In this document: positions 1 through 8,988 of the stretch, piece after piece
Layout of the letters: every line of letters begins with the position of its first letter
How positions within the stretch are numbered: the first letter of the stretch is position 1
From: Lyngbya sp. CCAP 1446/10
GTDB lineage: Bacteria; Cyanobacteriota; Cyanobacteriia; Cyanobacteriales; Microcoleaceae
Direction: 5' to 3'
NCBI RefSeq assembly: GCF_026130175.1
Contig: NZ_JAIGNI010000057.1
Coordinates: forward strand, 1 to 32,000
DNA length: 32,000 bases
Position numbers and translations under genes: made by a program
The notes under the pieces: model-generated
What the model was told of the DNA's origin: nothing
What the model saw: the letters and a program-made list of their open reading frames with translations, nothing else
Databases searched by the model: none

Positions 1-232
1 TGACTTTTTATAAATATCATCATAGTATACTATACAATATGCGTTTTAGATGCTGAACAGCTTAATTCGGGTGTGTGACACCGTAGGGCGGGGACTGTAG
101 ATTTTAAGTTTGTTAAAAATTGCAGAATGTGAGTTATAATAGAAAGTTGCTTTGCCGCGCGCGGCTTTGTTGCAGGCGTAGCGTTTCTTTCGACGAAAGC
201 AGGATGCGCCTCGCTTCGACTCATTATTTTTT

Positions 233-1600
233 ATGGTTTCACTGATGCGAAGTAAAAATAAGCTTTTTTATTACGGAATTACTCTTTCTGCATTTGTTTG
301 TTTATTTGTTTTTTTAGGCATGAGTGTCTTTTCTGTCGCGAGTTCGGCTCAAACCGAAAGCAAATTTCTCTCCGCGCGGGAAAGCGATCCGATCGCAATG
401 GGCTGGATGCAAGGTTTCCCGCCGCCAAAAAATAAGCAGTTGAAATTCGCCGACGGCTCGTTTTTCGAGTTTCCCGCCCTGCGCTGGAGCGTGGCGCACA
501 TGAACGAGTTTATGCCAGCCGTCAACGTTTCACGCGGACTAGGCGCCCCCGATCCGCTGCCTTACCGTCTCGATCCACAAATTGACTCGATCGCATTCCG
601 CCCCCTGAATGCCACTCAAGACATGACATGGGAAGAATCGCTGTGGCAAAACTACACAGACGGCATTCTGGTTCTGCACCAGGGCTCGATCGTGTATGAA
701 AAATACTTTGGTGCGCTTGCAGCCGACAACAAACACGCCGCGATGTCGGTGACAAAATCTCTCACCGGCACCCTGGGCGCAATTTTGGTCGCCGAAGGCA
801 AACTGGACGAAAACAAGCGGGTAGCCGAATACCTTCCCGAACTCAAAGATTCCGCCTTTGGCGACGCTACCGTGCGCCAAGTGCTGGACATGACAACTGC
901 GCTGCAATTCAGCGAAGAATACGCTAACCCCAAAGCCGAAATCTGGGAGTATTCCGGCGCCGGCAACCCCTTGCCCAAACCCAAAGATTACAGCGGGCCA
1001 GTGGGCTACTACGCCGCGCTAAAAACGGTGAAAAAGGCCGGCACCCACGGCGAATCCTTCGGCTATAAAACCCCTAACGCTGACGTGGCGGGCTGGCTGG
1101 TGGCCCGCGCCAGCGGCAAGTCTGTAGACAAACTTCTGGCCGATCGCGTGTGGAGCAAAATCGGCATGGAACAGGATGGCTACTATTCGGTGGACGAACT
1201 GGGTACTCCCTTCGCAGGCGGCGGCTACAACGCCGGTTTGCGCGACATGGCACGCTTTGGCGAGTTGATTCGCAACCAGGGCCGCTGGAAAGGTACGCAG
1301 GTTTTGCCCGCCCGCGCGATCGAAGATATCGCCGGCGGCGGCAGCAAAGCGGCTTTCGCCAAATCGGGCCATCCCGAATTACCAGGCTGGTCTTATCGGG
1401 ATATGTGGTGGAATACCGGAAACGCCCACGGCGCTTTTGCGGCGCGTGGTGTGCACGGACAAACGATCTATATTGACCCCGCAGCCGAAATGGTCATCGT
1501 GCGTTTCGCCTCCCATCCCATCGCTGGAAACAGCGCTAACGATGCGACTTCATTACCAGCTTACGAAGCTGTCGCCCAGTATTTGATAAAAGGAAAATAA
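233..1600 (+). CDS. Serine hydrolase of the beta-lactamase/transpeptidase-like family, probably exported or membrane-anchored
   Basis: 455-aa ORF. N-terminal hydrophobic segment FYYGITLSAFVCLFVFLGMSVFSVASSA. S-x-x-K nucleophile motif in AAMSVTKSLTG. Only 4 nt before the next gene. GC-rich codon third positions. Confidence 0.85.
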   Translation: MVSLMRSKNKLFYYGITLSAFVCLFVFLGMSVFSVASSAQTESKFLSARESDPIAMGWMQGFPPPKNKQLKFADGSFFEFPALRWSVAHMNEFMPAVNVSRGLGAPDPLPYRLDPQIDSIAFRPLNATQDMTWEESLWQNYTDGILVLHQGSIVYEKYFGALAADNKHAAMSVTKSLTGTLGAILVAEGKLDENKRVAEYLPELKDSAFGDATVRQVLDMTTALQFSEEYANPKAEIWEYSGAGNPLPKPKDYSGPVGYYAALKTVKKAGTHGESFGYKTPNADVAGWLVARASGKSVDKLLADRVWSKIGMEQDGYYSVDELGTPFAGGGYNAGLRDMARFGELIRNQGRWKGTQVLPARAIEDIAGGGSKAAFAKSGHPELPGWSYRDMWWNTGNAHGAFAARGVHGQTIYIDPAAEMVIVRFASHPIAGNSANDATSLPAYEAVAQYLIKGK

Positions 1601-1604
1601 GTTT

Positions 1605-2378
1605 ATGCAGCCTACAACTCTTTTCGATTTGAGGGGCAAAGTCGCCATCGTGACCGGCGGCGGTAACGGCATCGGTGCAGCCTGTTGCCGGATGCTGGCT
1701 GATTTCGGCGCCACCGTTGTTATTGCCGATTTGAAAGTAGCGGACGCCCAAAAGGTTGCCGATGAGATTGGTGCCAGCGGCGGCAAAGCTTTGGCTATGG
1801 AGTGCAACGTGCTCCGTGATGAAGATTTAATTAGTCTGGTGGAACGCACCATCGCTGAGTGTGGAGCAATTCACGTTCTGGTCAATAACGCTGGCGGCGG
1901 CGGCGCCGGCAAAGAAAGTCCGTTCGAGATTTCGCAGCAGCAATTCGAGCGCCCCTTTCAAATCAATGTTTTCAGCGCGTGGCGACTGTCGCAACTCTGC
2001 GCGCCGCACATGAAGGCGGCGGGCTACGGTTCGATCGTCAATATGTCCTCGATGAGTTCCATCAACAAAAGCCCCGCCATCAGCGCCTACGCTGCTTCCA
2101 AGGCCGCCATCAATCACATGACGGCAAACCTGGCCTTCGACTACGGCCCGGAAATTCGGGTCAATGCCGTGGGGCCGGGAGCTGTCAGAACGGCGGCCTT
2201 GGCTTCGGTTCTGACTCCAGAGGTCGAAGAGCGAATGCTGGCCCATACTCCGCTCCAACGCTTGGGCGAGCCTGAAGACATCGCCGGAGCGGTTCTCTAC
2301 TTTGCTGCTCCCGTATCTCAGTGGGTCAGCGGACAGGTGCTATTCGTCAATGGCGGTGGCGTGCAGACGCTGGATTAA
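1605..2378 (+). CDS. SDR-family short-chain dehydrogenase/reductase
   Basis: 257 aa. Cofactor motif TGGGNGIG, NNAG, catalytic S...YAASK (Y-x-x-x-K). Likely an operon with the upstream hydrolase. Confidence 0.9.
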   Translation: MQPTTLFDLRGKVAIVTGGGNGIGAACCRMLADFGATVVIADLKVADAQKVADEIGASGGKALAMECNVLRDEDLISLVERTIAECGAIHVLVNNAGGGGAGKESPFEISQQQFERPFQINVFSAWRLSQLCAPHMKAAGYGSIVNMSSMSSINKSPAISAYAASKAAINHMTANLAFDYGPEIRVNAVGPGAVRTAALASVLTPEVEERMLAHTPLQRLGEPEDIAGAVLYFAAPVSQWVSGQVLFVNGGGVQTLD

Positions 2379-2624
2379 GCCTGTCAAAGCCACACTCCTC
2401 GGACACTGCACGGCTGGGATTTTATTTCTAGGCAAATTCCTAAATGCTCGATCAAATGGGCGATCGCGAACAGTGGTGTTTATGGTAGCTAAGCTCGGTA
2501 ATAATGCTGGCGTATGTAGCTCAGGCAAAATGTCAATTCGGCAGAGCCCGATCGCCCCTTGACTCCATGCGCTACAATTATTAAGAAATCTTTAGTTAAA
2601 TCCGTTTAACGTCTCGGACGCATT

Positions 2625-4415
2625 ATGAGTCTTCCCATTCGCAACGTCGCCATCATTGCTCACGTCGATCACGGCAAAACCACCCTTGTGGACGCTCTCC
2701 TCAGACAGTCCGGGGTCTTCCGCGAAGGGGAAGAAGTCCCAGATTGCGTCATGGACTCCAACGACATCGAGCGCGAACGTGGCATCACCATCCTTTCCAA
2801 AAACACCGCTGTCCGATACAAAGAAACCCTGATCAACATCGTCGATACCCCCGGACACGCGGACTTCGGCGGCGAAGTCGAGCGAGTGCTCGGCATGGTT
2901 GACGGTTGTTTGCTGATCGTAGACGCCAACGAAGGCCCGATGCCGCAAACCCGGTTCGTACTCAAAAAAGCCCTCGAAAAGGGACTGCGCCCGATCGTCT
3001 TTGTCAACAAGATCGATCGCGATCGAGCCGATCCCCACAAAGCAGTCGATAAAGTTTTGGATCTGTTCCTAGAACTCGGCGCTGACGACGATCAGTGCGA
3101 CTTCCCCTATCTGTTCGGTTCCGGGCTCAACGGCACTGCCAAAAAAACATTGGAAGACGAAGCAGTGGACATGAAACCGCTGTTTGAAGAAATCCTAGAC
3201 CACGTACCGCCCCCGATCGGCGACCCCAACAAGCCACTACAACTGCAAGTAACCACCTTAGATTACTCAGAATACGTCGGTCGCATCGTCATCGGCCGCA
3301 TCCACAACGGCACGATTAGAATCGGTCAACAAGCAGTCTTAATCACCGAAAGCGGCGCCATTGTCAAGTCAAAAATTACCAAATTGATGGGCTTTGAAGG
3401 CCTGAAGCGGATTGATATCCCAGAATCTTCTGCTGGTAATCTTGTCGCCGTTGCCGGTTTTGCTGATGCGTATATTGGCGAGACAATTACCTGTCCCAAC
3501 GACCCACAAGCGCTACCTTTAATCAAGGTAGACGAACCGACTTTGCAGATGACTTTCTCGGTGAACGATTCGCCGTTCTGCGGTCAAGAAGGTAGTTTGG
3601 TCACATCGCGTCAAATTCGCGATCGACTAATGCGAGAACTCCAAACCAACGTCGCCCTGCGCGTCGAAGAAACCGAATCTCCCGACAAATTCCTCGTATC
3701 CGGCCGTGGCGAACTCCACCTCGGCATTTTGATCGAAAATATGCGTCGCGAAGGATACGAATTCCAAGTATCTCAACCGCAAGTAATCTTCCGCGAAGTC
3801 GGCGGTCGTCCCTGCGAACCCTTTGAATGTTTGGTATTAGACGTACCCGAAGAAGCAGTCGGCGGCTGCATCGAACGCCTCGGTCAGCGGAAAGCAGAAA
3901 TGCAAGATATGCACGTCAGCAGCACCGGTCGCACCCAAATCGAATTTTCAGTCCCCGCTCGCGGTTTGATTGGATTCCGAGGCGAGTTTATGCGCTTGAC
4001 TCGCGGCGCAGGAATTATGAACCACAGCTTCCTCGACTATCGCCCCCTCGGTGGAGAAATTATCGCCCGTCGCAACGGAGTATTAATTTCCTTTGAAGAA
4101 GGAACTGCAACTACTTATTCACTGAAAAATGCTGAAGACCGTGGCGTATTTTTCATTACCCCTGGAACCAAGGTTTACCGAGGGATGATTATCGGAGAAA
4201 ACAACCGAGATGAAGACATGGAACTCAATATCTGCAAGTCGAAGCAGTTAACAAACCACCGCGCCTCTGGCGGTGAAGAATTGGCGCAATTGCAAGCACC
4301 AGTCGATATGAGTTTGGAGCGCGCTTTGGAATACATCGGTCAGGATGAATTGGTGGAAGTAACACCGAAATCAATTCGCTTGCGGAAGTTGTCCAAGAAG
4401 TTGGTCAAACGCTAA
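2625..4415 (+). CDS. typA: Translational GTPase TypA/BipA
   Basis: 596 aa. G1 [10 protein letters not shown]3 [15 protein letters not shown]4 NKIDR. Full-length EF-G-like body with the typical TypA C-terminus. Confidence 0.95.
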   Translation: MSLPIRNVAIIAHVDHGKTTLVDALLRQSGVFREGEEVPDCVMDSNDIERERGITILSKNTAVRYKETLINIVDTPGHADFGGEVERVLGMVDGCLLIVDANEGPMPQTRFVLKKALEKGLRPIVFVNKIDRDRADPHKAVDKVLDLFLELGADDDQCDFPYLFGSGLNGTAKKTLEDEAVDMKPLFEEILDHVPPPIGDPNKPLQLQVTTLDYSEYVGRIVIGRIHNGTIRIGQQAVLITESGAIVKSKITKLMGFEGLKRIDIPESSAGNLVAVAGFADAYIGETITCPNDPQALPLIKVDEPTLQMTFSVNDSPFCGQEGSLVTSRQIRDRLMRELQTNVALRVEETESPDKFLVSGRGELHLGILIENMRREGYEFQVSQPQVIFREVGGRPCEPFECLVLDVPEEAVGGCIERLGQRKAEMQDMHVSSTGRTQIEFSVPARGLIGFRGEFMRLTRGAGIMNHSFLDYRPLGGEIIARRNGVLISFEEGTATTYSLKNAEDRGVFFITPGTKVYRGMIIGENNRDEDMELNICKSKQLTNHRASGGEELAQLQAPVDMSLERALEYIGQDELVEVTPKSIRLRKLSKKLVKR

Positions 4416-4420
4416 AAAAA

Positions 4421-4461
4421 AGATTTTTAGGGTGGGGTATAAATCCCCATCCTAAAAATCT
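4421..4461 (+). terminator. Long hairpin immediately after typA (17-bp arms, one mismatch, 7-nt loop)
   Basis: agatttttagggtgggg / tataaat / ccccatcctaaaaatct. An A8 run precedes the stem, but no T-run follows it on the + strand, so it is not a canonical intrinsic terminator in this orientation. Confidence 0.45.
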
Positions 4462-4466
4462 CACCG

Positions 4467-4494
4467 TCAACTATCAACTGTCAACTATCAACTA
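4467..4494. repeat. Heptamer tandem repeat (TCAACTR) x4
   Basis: tcaacta tcaactg tcaacta tcaacta read directly. Confidence 0.8.
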
Positions 4495-4512
4495 TTTTTA
4501 AGGTCTATACCA

Positions 4513-4734
4513 ATAATTACGATTCAAGTTGATGACAATATTAAGACAGCATTTGAAGAAGCTAGTCTTAAGACTTAGCAAGAGTTAAGTTCGATTATTC
4601 AATTGTTTTTTATACAAAATTTACACAACAAAACTTTAACCCAGGTTAGGGCAGAAATTTCTGACAGGGCAACGCAGCGAGGCTTAACGCCAGAAATTTT
4701 ACAAGAGCTTTTAGCAGATAATAATGATGGGTAG
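4513..4734 (+). pseudogene. Decayed RelB/DinJ-like ribbon-helix-helix antitoxin gene
   Basis: Translation (I)ITIQVDDNIKTAFEEASLKT*QELSSIIQLFFIQNLHNKTL...GLTPEILQELLADNNDG follows the DinJ pattern (xIDEDLKxxA....GLTxSxxIRxFL). ATA sits where the ATG is expected (4513). In-frame TAG at 4576-4578. The stop overlaps the next ORF's ATGATG. Confidence 0.4.
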
Positions 4735-4924
4735 AAAACGCGATATTAAACAGATTGATGCGATCGCTAGGGAGTTTAAGATGGGAGGTGAATTAAGGAT
4801 TGCTTTTGGTTTATTCATTGAGGAAGAAAAGAAAAATGGTTATGGTGGAACTTTAAACCGTAGAGGCGATTTTACTTAGGTCGAACTCCGCCAGAAAGCA
4901 AAAGAATTTTTAGAGGATATTTAA
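4724..4924 (+). pseudogene. Small ORF of unknown function interrupted by an in-frame TAG
   Basis: MMGRKRDIKQIDAIAREFKMGGELRIAFGLFIEEEKKNGYGGTLNRRGDFT, then TAG (4877-4879), then VELRQKAKEFLEDI and TAA (4922-4924). That TAA abuts the ATG of the next gene at 4925. The abutment suggests the 66-codon form was the original gene. Confidence 0.3.
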
Positions 4925-5461
4925 ATGGCTATTCAAACATCTATTGCTAATCAGAAGCCAAATATCGAGCAAATTATTTCAGTCATTACTAAACCAATTA
5001 TCGGAGAAATTTGTCATCAGGTTATATTTAGTTATGGGGATGAATTACGGCTAGATTTCGGTGAGATGTCTGCCTATACTCACCCAAAACTAGCACATCT
5101 ATGCAAAGGTAGTTGGCAATTTGGCGCAAGGGCAACACCTTGGGTTTTCAAGCAAGGCGATCGAATCTTAACTTCTTCCTTGCCAGTAGATATAGATGCA
5201 GAAATAGATGAGGTAGAAATAGATGCTGTCAAAAAAGTTTTGCAGCAATTGGAAAATAAAGAATTGATTGATTTTGTGATTGATACTCATAATATTAGTA
5301 TCACTCTAGTTTTTGAGGGTGATTACCAACTAATTTTACAGCCAGATTTCCAAGATGATTCTGGACTTCCCTATTGGGAATTGTTCATGCCAACAGAACA
5401 AGTTTTGACGGTTGGGCCTAGATTTTTTTGGGAATGTAAATCAATTCATGAACGTTATTGA
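4925..5461 (+). CDS. Hypothetical protein (178 aa), no recognisable family
   Basis: Clean ORF whose start abuts the upstream stop. Acidic, beta-rich sequence with a two-half pattern (..YGDELRLDFGE..W.. / ..LVFEGDYQLILQPD..W..). AT-rich. Confidence 0.6.
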   Translation: MAIQTSIANQKPNIEQIISVITKPIIGEICHQVIFSYGDELRLDFGEMSAYTHPKLAHLCKGSWQFGARATPWVFKQGDRILTSSLPVDIDAEIDEVEIDAVKKVLQQLENKELIDFVIDTHNISITLVFEGDYQLILQPDFQDDSGLPYWELFMPTEQVLTVGPRFFWECKSIHERY

Positions 5462-5507
5462 TCTTAAATTCAATATGCTTGTACTGTAGTTTAGCAAATT
5501 TAGGATC

Positions 5508-5523
5508 TCGATCGCGCGATCGA
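5508..5523. promoter_or_regulatory. Perfect 16-bp palindrome upstream of the parA-like gene (candidate operator)
   Basis: TCGATCGCGCGATCGA is its own reverse complement. It lies 58 bp upstream of the ATG at 5581. Confidence 0.3.
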
Positions 5524-5580
5524 CTAACAGCCACAATATGTTTTAATTTATATTTGAGCAAAATTAAAGCAAGCCCAGCC

Positions 5581-6453
5581 ATGAGTCCTAAATCCATAGC
5601 CGTAATCAACTTCAAAGGCGGAGTCGGAAAGACCACCGTAACTTGGAGTCTGGGAAATATTATATCCCAAGGAACAGACTTAGAAGTCTTGATGTTAGAC
5701 CTAGACCCGCAAATGTCCCTCACAGAAGCGATCGGGCTTAACGAAAATACAGGTCATTTAGAGGATAAATTTGGTAAGTGGTACGAAAAATCTCTGAAGC
5801 ACAGACTCACAATTTACGACGCCCTCGAAGTCTTTAAAAAAGCCGGACAAAACTTTAAATTTCCCGTGGGTTTCGACACGATTTATCAGATTGACGAACA
5901 GTTGCATTTTATCCCTTCAGTTGAAGAATTGTATTGGTTAGATTTGGATGGATTTGAGGGGAAAAGTGTTAAAGACTTTATCCGCCAGTTCAGTGGCAAA
6001 ATCGCCAACTCTCCCAATCTCCCCAAATACGACTTGATGCTTTTTGACTGTTCGCCTTCCTTCAGTCTCCTCACCTACAGCGTACTCTCTTGTTGCGACT
6101 TAATATTAATTCCCGTCAATCCAGATTATTTTGGTTCTAGGGGATTGAGTTTAGTTTTAAACTCGCTCCAGAAACGGATTGAGCCTTACCCGTTTCCCAA
6201 GATTGCCGTGTTTATGAATAAAGCTAAAATTTATGGAGGATTGCTGACAAATGAAGTTCAGTTTTATATGAGAGAAGTCAAGAGACTTTGCGCTGAAATC
6301 TCAAAAGACAATAACATAGAAGTGAGATTTTTAGAATCGACGATTCGGGAAAGTGTTGGGTTGAAGCGGGCGATTAATGAGGGAGAACTGCCACGAGAAT
6401 TAGTTAGAGAGTTTGAGCAACTGTGGCGCGAGTGTGAGGAGTATCTGAAATGA
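5581..6453 (+). CDS. ParA/MinD-family P-loop ATPase (deviant Walker A)
   Basis: Start chosen at MSPKSIAVINFKGGVGKTTV (KGGVGKT with the signature lysine). LMLDLDPQ and LMLFDCSPS motifs present. The 5458-5580 part of the tracked ORF looks non-coding. Confidence 0.85.
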   Translation: MSPKSIAVINFKGGVGKTTVTWSLGNIISQGTDLEVLMLDLDPQMSLTEAIGLNENTGHLEDKFGKWYEKSLKHRLTIYDALEVFKKAGQNFKFPVGFDTIYQIDEQLHFIPSVEELYWLDLDGFEGKSVKDFIRQFSGKIANSPNLPKYDLMLFDCSPSFSLLTYSVLSCCDLILIPVNPDYFGSRGLSLVLNSLQKRIEPYPFPKIAVFMNKAKIYGGLLTNEVQFYMREVKRLCAEISKDNNIEVRFLESTIRESVGLKRAINEGELPRELVREFEQLWRECEEYLK

Positions 6454-6896
6454 TTAAAAAAGATATTTTGCCTGCTGGCGATTCAGAAAGTGGGGGGTTA
6501 GTTGATGAAATTGGCGAACTTAAGGAAATCTTGCGCGAGGTTTCTAAAAAATTAACCAGGATTGAGGCTCAAGTTAAGCGGGGAGTGCTTTCTGCTGGGT
6601 CTAAAAATTCGCAATTATCTACGGTTGCTGATGTGAATAAGCCTGCTAATTTATCGGCAGAAAATGTTTTAGAAGTTTATGAAGAACTGCGTTTGCAAGC
6701 TAAGAAGGGTCATGAACTAGAGGTGAGGCAAAAATTGTCGGCTATGAGTGCAACTGACTTGAATTTGATGTGTTGCGAGTTAGGGATGCCTCCGAGCAGC
6801 AAGAATCCGTCCCGCAAAAAAATGTTTGAGCTAATTATTGGTAGAATTAAGCAGAGTTTGATGCTGTCGCGACATATCGATCGACAAACGCTTTAA
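6450..6896 (+). CDS. Hypothetical 148-aa protein, candidate ParA partner/adaptor
   Basis: ATGA start/stop overlap with the parA-like gene. Central heptad-like helix (EIGELKEILREVSKKLTRIEAQVKR). The C-terminal ATDLNLMCCELGMPPSSKNPSRKKMFELIIGRI resembles a SAP/Rho-N helix-extension-helix (HeH) motif. Confidence 0.55.
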   Translation: MIKKDILPAGDSESGGLVDEIGELKEILREVSKKLTRIEAQVKRGVLSAGSKNSQLSTVADVNKPANLSAENVLEVYEELRLQAKKGHELEVRQKLSAMSATDLNLMCCELGMPPSSKNPSRKKMFELIIGRIKQSLMLSRHIDRQTL

Positions 6897-6980
6897 AAAT
6901 TAGTATCTGAATCGAAAAAATGGGTTTTAATTTGCATTTCTAGCTGGGATCTGGAATCGCATACACAATAAAAACGGCTC

Positions 6981-7031
6981 GTAGTGCGTCTTGGTGTCCG
7001 CTTTTATGCTGCGGGCTACAGCCCGCACTAC
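6981..7031. terminator. GC-rich hairpin region between convergent genes
   Basis: tgcgggc-taca-gcccgca (7010-7027). An alternative outer pairing is gtagtgcg (6981-6988) with cgcactac (7024-7031). No clean U-run on either strand. Confidence 0.35.
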
Positions 7032-7099
7032 CAACCTGGCTTAATTATTGTATTTGTTCGACTGGAGATGATATTAGAGCGTTTTCGATAGAACTTTAC

Positions 7100-8764
7100 T
7101 CAAATTGGAGCAGATGCAATAATCTTTTTCTCCTTAAATTGCTGGTGAACTTCCAATTCATGTCCCTCAAGTTCTAAGTGTTTTTCATCCTGCACCTGTT
7201 TGTCAATTTTGGGCAACTTTAAAATCGCCCCAGCCAAAACCCAGTAATACACCGATACTGGATCTACATCCAGCGGATAGTATTGAGGATTGATCGTAAT
7301 AAATCCCACAAACACCCAAAAACTAGCTCCGTAACTCCGCAAATTTTTGTCCTTCACAGTGCGGTAAGCTCGAAAAGTTAGAAAAGCTAAGTGTAAAAGC
7401 ATGATTTGAAAAGCAATCATTCCCGGATAACCGAGTTCGTAGATCAACTTAGGATGGAAAGTTTCAATTAGCTGCGTGAAACCAAAGATTCGCGTGGAAT
7501 TAGTCGCTCGTCCCACACCTCTACCGAGAGGTCTGTCAATGATAAAATTGTTGCTCTGCTCCAACTGATTTAAGAAAAACTGCTGGGGTGGTGCAGCATT
7601 CCAGCGGTTAACAAAACTCTCCCACCGCTGCTCGATAATTCCTGGGTTAATTGCTGCACCGACAAACAGCAGAATTGCCAGTCCTGCACCGATGGGAATA
7701 AATCGTTTGAAATTAACTAATTGACCTGTGAGAATTAGCAGGATGCCAGTGGCAACTGGAACTAAAACTAAAGCAGCTCTTTGACCGGAAATAACTGCAT
7801 TGGCAAATACTAATGCCATGCCAAATAAACCAATAACTCGCCACCAGAATGAAGGGTCACAAAATGCAGAGGCAAAGGTCAAAAAAGCATTAGCAATTAA
7901 AAACCACGCCCACTGCCAAGGCGCCACAAATGTTCCTGGCAAGCGGATAAATTTGACTTCTGGACTGAATACCAGAGAACCGCCGACAAAACATCTAGCT
8001 TGCAGCGTTGCTTTATATAATTCTTCTCCGCTCATGCCTCGGGTTCCCGCGCATTTTCCACTTTGCAACAACAGGTACTGAATCAAACCAAGAACGCAGC
8101 AAACGATCGCCAAAACTACGTGCATTCGACCAAAAAACACCAAATCCTTCTTAGTGCGGATCAGATAATAGGTACAAGCAATCAGCGGTATGTAACCTAT
8201 CAATACTTTTAAGCCGAGAATTCCTTGCAGAATGGGTTTGTCGCCTTTCATAGGGTGGAGCTGCATCTCCCCGTTGACAAAAATTAAAGTCAGCATTGCC
8301 ATCATCAACAGGATGCTGAAGGTAGAAAGCATTTGTTTGGGAATGAACAGGGGCAACTGTTTCTTTTTGCAGCTTTGAATTAGGGCGATGAGAGCTGGTA
8401 TGTAGAAAGCATCTTTGGCTACTTGAAATGCAGCATTCCCGCCGCCAATTGCGTAAGTAATTGTACCGCTGAAAGGCAGGTAAATTAGAAAAGCCCACAA
8501 AGCTTGACGGGGGTATTTGTAGGAAAGCAGCAAAATGGCTACGGCTGCGCCTCCAGCAATAGCAATCTTAGGGCGGGTAACGAACAATAGGGGGATGCTG
8601 ACAATAGCACTGATTAAGCAGCTTATGACGATCGCCTGCGCTAATTCATTGCACTTTTGTGAAGTTTTACGTTTTTGTGCGGTTACTTCTTTTTTGCTGA
8701 GCGATGTTGTTTTTTCGCTGAGCTTTTGTTGGGATTTCTTGGATTTGCGCTTGTTTTTCAACAT
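7100..8764 (-). CDS. Polytopic membrane protein, O-antigen ligase/polymerase (Wzy_C)-like, with a Lys-rich N-terminal tail
   Basis: 554 aa with at least 10 hydrophobic segments. The segment SGQRAALVLVPVATGILLIL resembles the Wzy_C core. The family call comes from pattern recall only. Confidence 0.55.
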   Translation of the reverse strand: MLKNKRKSKKSQQKLSEKTTSLSKKEVTAQKRKTSQKCNELAQAIVISCLISAIVSIPLLFVTRPKIAIAGGAAVAILLLSYKYPRQALWAFLIYLPFSGTITYAIGGGNAAFQVAKDAFYIPALIALIQSCKKKQLPLFIPKQMLSTFSILLMMAMLTLIFVNGEMQLHPMKGDKPILQGILGLKVLIGYIPLIACTYYLIRTKKDLVFFGRMHVVLAIVCCVLGLIQYLLLQSGKCAGTRGMSGEELYKATLQARCFVGGSLVFSPEVKFIRLPGTFVAPWQWAWFLIANAFLTFASAFCDPSFWWRVIGLFGMALVFANAVISGQRAALVLVPVATGILLILTGQLVNFKRFIPIGAGLAILLFVGAAINPGIIEQRWESFVNRWNAAPPQQFFLNQLEQSNNFIIDRPLGRGVGRATNSTRIFGFTQLIETFHPKLIYELGYPGMIAFQIMLLHLAFLTFRAYRTVKDKNLRSYGASFWVFVGFITINPQYYPLDVDPVSVYYWVLAGAILKLPKIDKQVQDEKHLELEGHELEVHQQFKEKKIIASAPI

Positions 8765-8988
8765 AACTTCTAGAAGGCACTTATGTAGAAGGCTGAAGGC
8801 ACTTTTGTGTACCAGACTATCTGATGTAGGAGGTAGAATGTAGAATGAATAGAAGAAAAAATATTGCGGTAGATGTGGTTACTTATTCTTCAAGTCCAGA
8901 ACTCGAAAAAATCTGGGTCAAGATTGTGGGTGCGAGGCGGGCATAACTTATACTCGCGACCTTGTAGAATATAACTGCTGCATCTATA

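Noticed and set aside
30-224. 64-aa minus-strand ORF and a possible -35/-10 pair (ttgtta ... tataat, ~19-nt spacing) upstream of the hydrolase gene; likewise ttgact/tacaat upstream of typA (8-nt spacing)
   Set aside because: The ORF has no features and lies in a leader or promoter region. The hexamer spacings are non-canonical, so no promoter is called.
4445-4461. An 11-nt string, ccatcctaaaa, is shared between the typA hairpin and (in reverse complement) the hairpin after the AKR fragment (~17425-17441). A related ccgtcc...ggatgg stem occurs at ~30137-30195.
   Set aside because: This may point to a REP-like hairpin family. However, the shared core is short, the contexts differ, and I cannot assess genome-wide frequency. 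It is not reported as an element.
5581-6896. McdA/McdB (carboxysome-positioning) identity for the ParA-like gene and its small partner
   Set aside because: The ATPase keeps the signature lysine of the deviant Walker A. The partner ends in ...HIDRQTL, without the C-terminal tryptophan described as invariant for McdB proteins. No carboxysome genes are nearby. The idea is not excluded experimentally, but the sequence does not support it.
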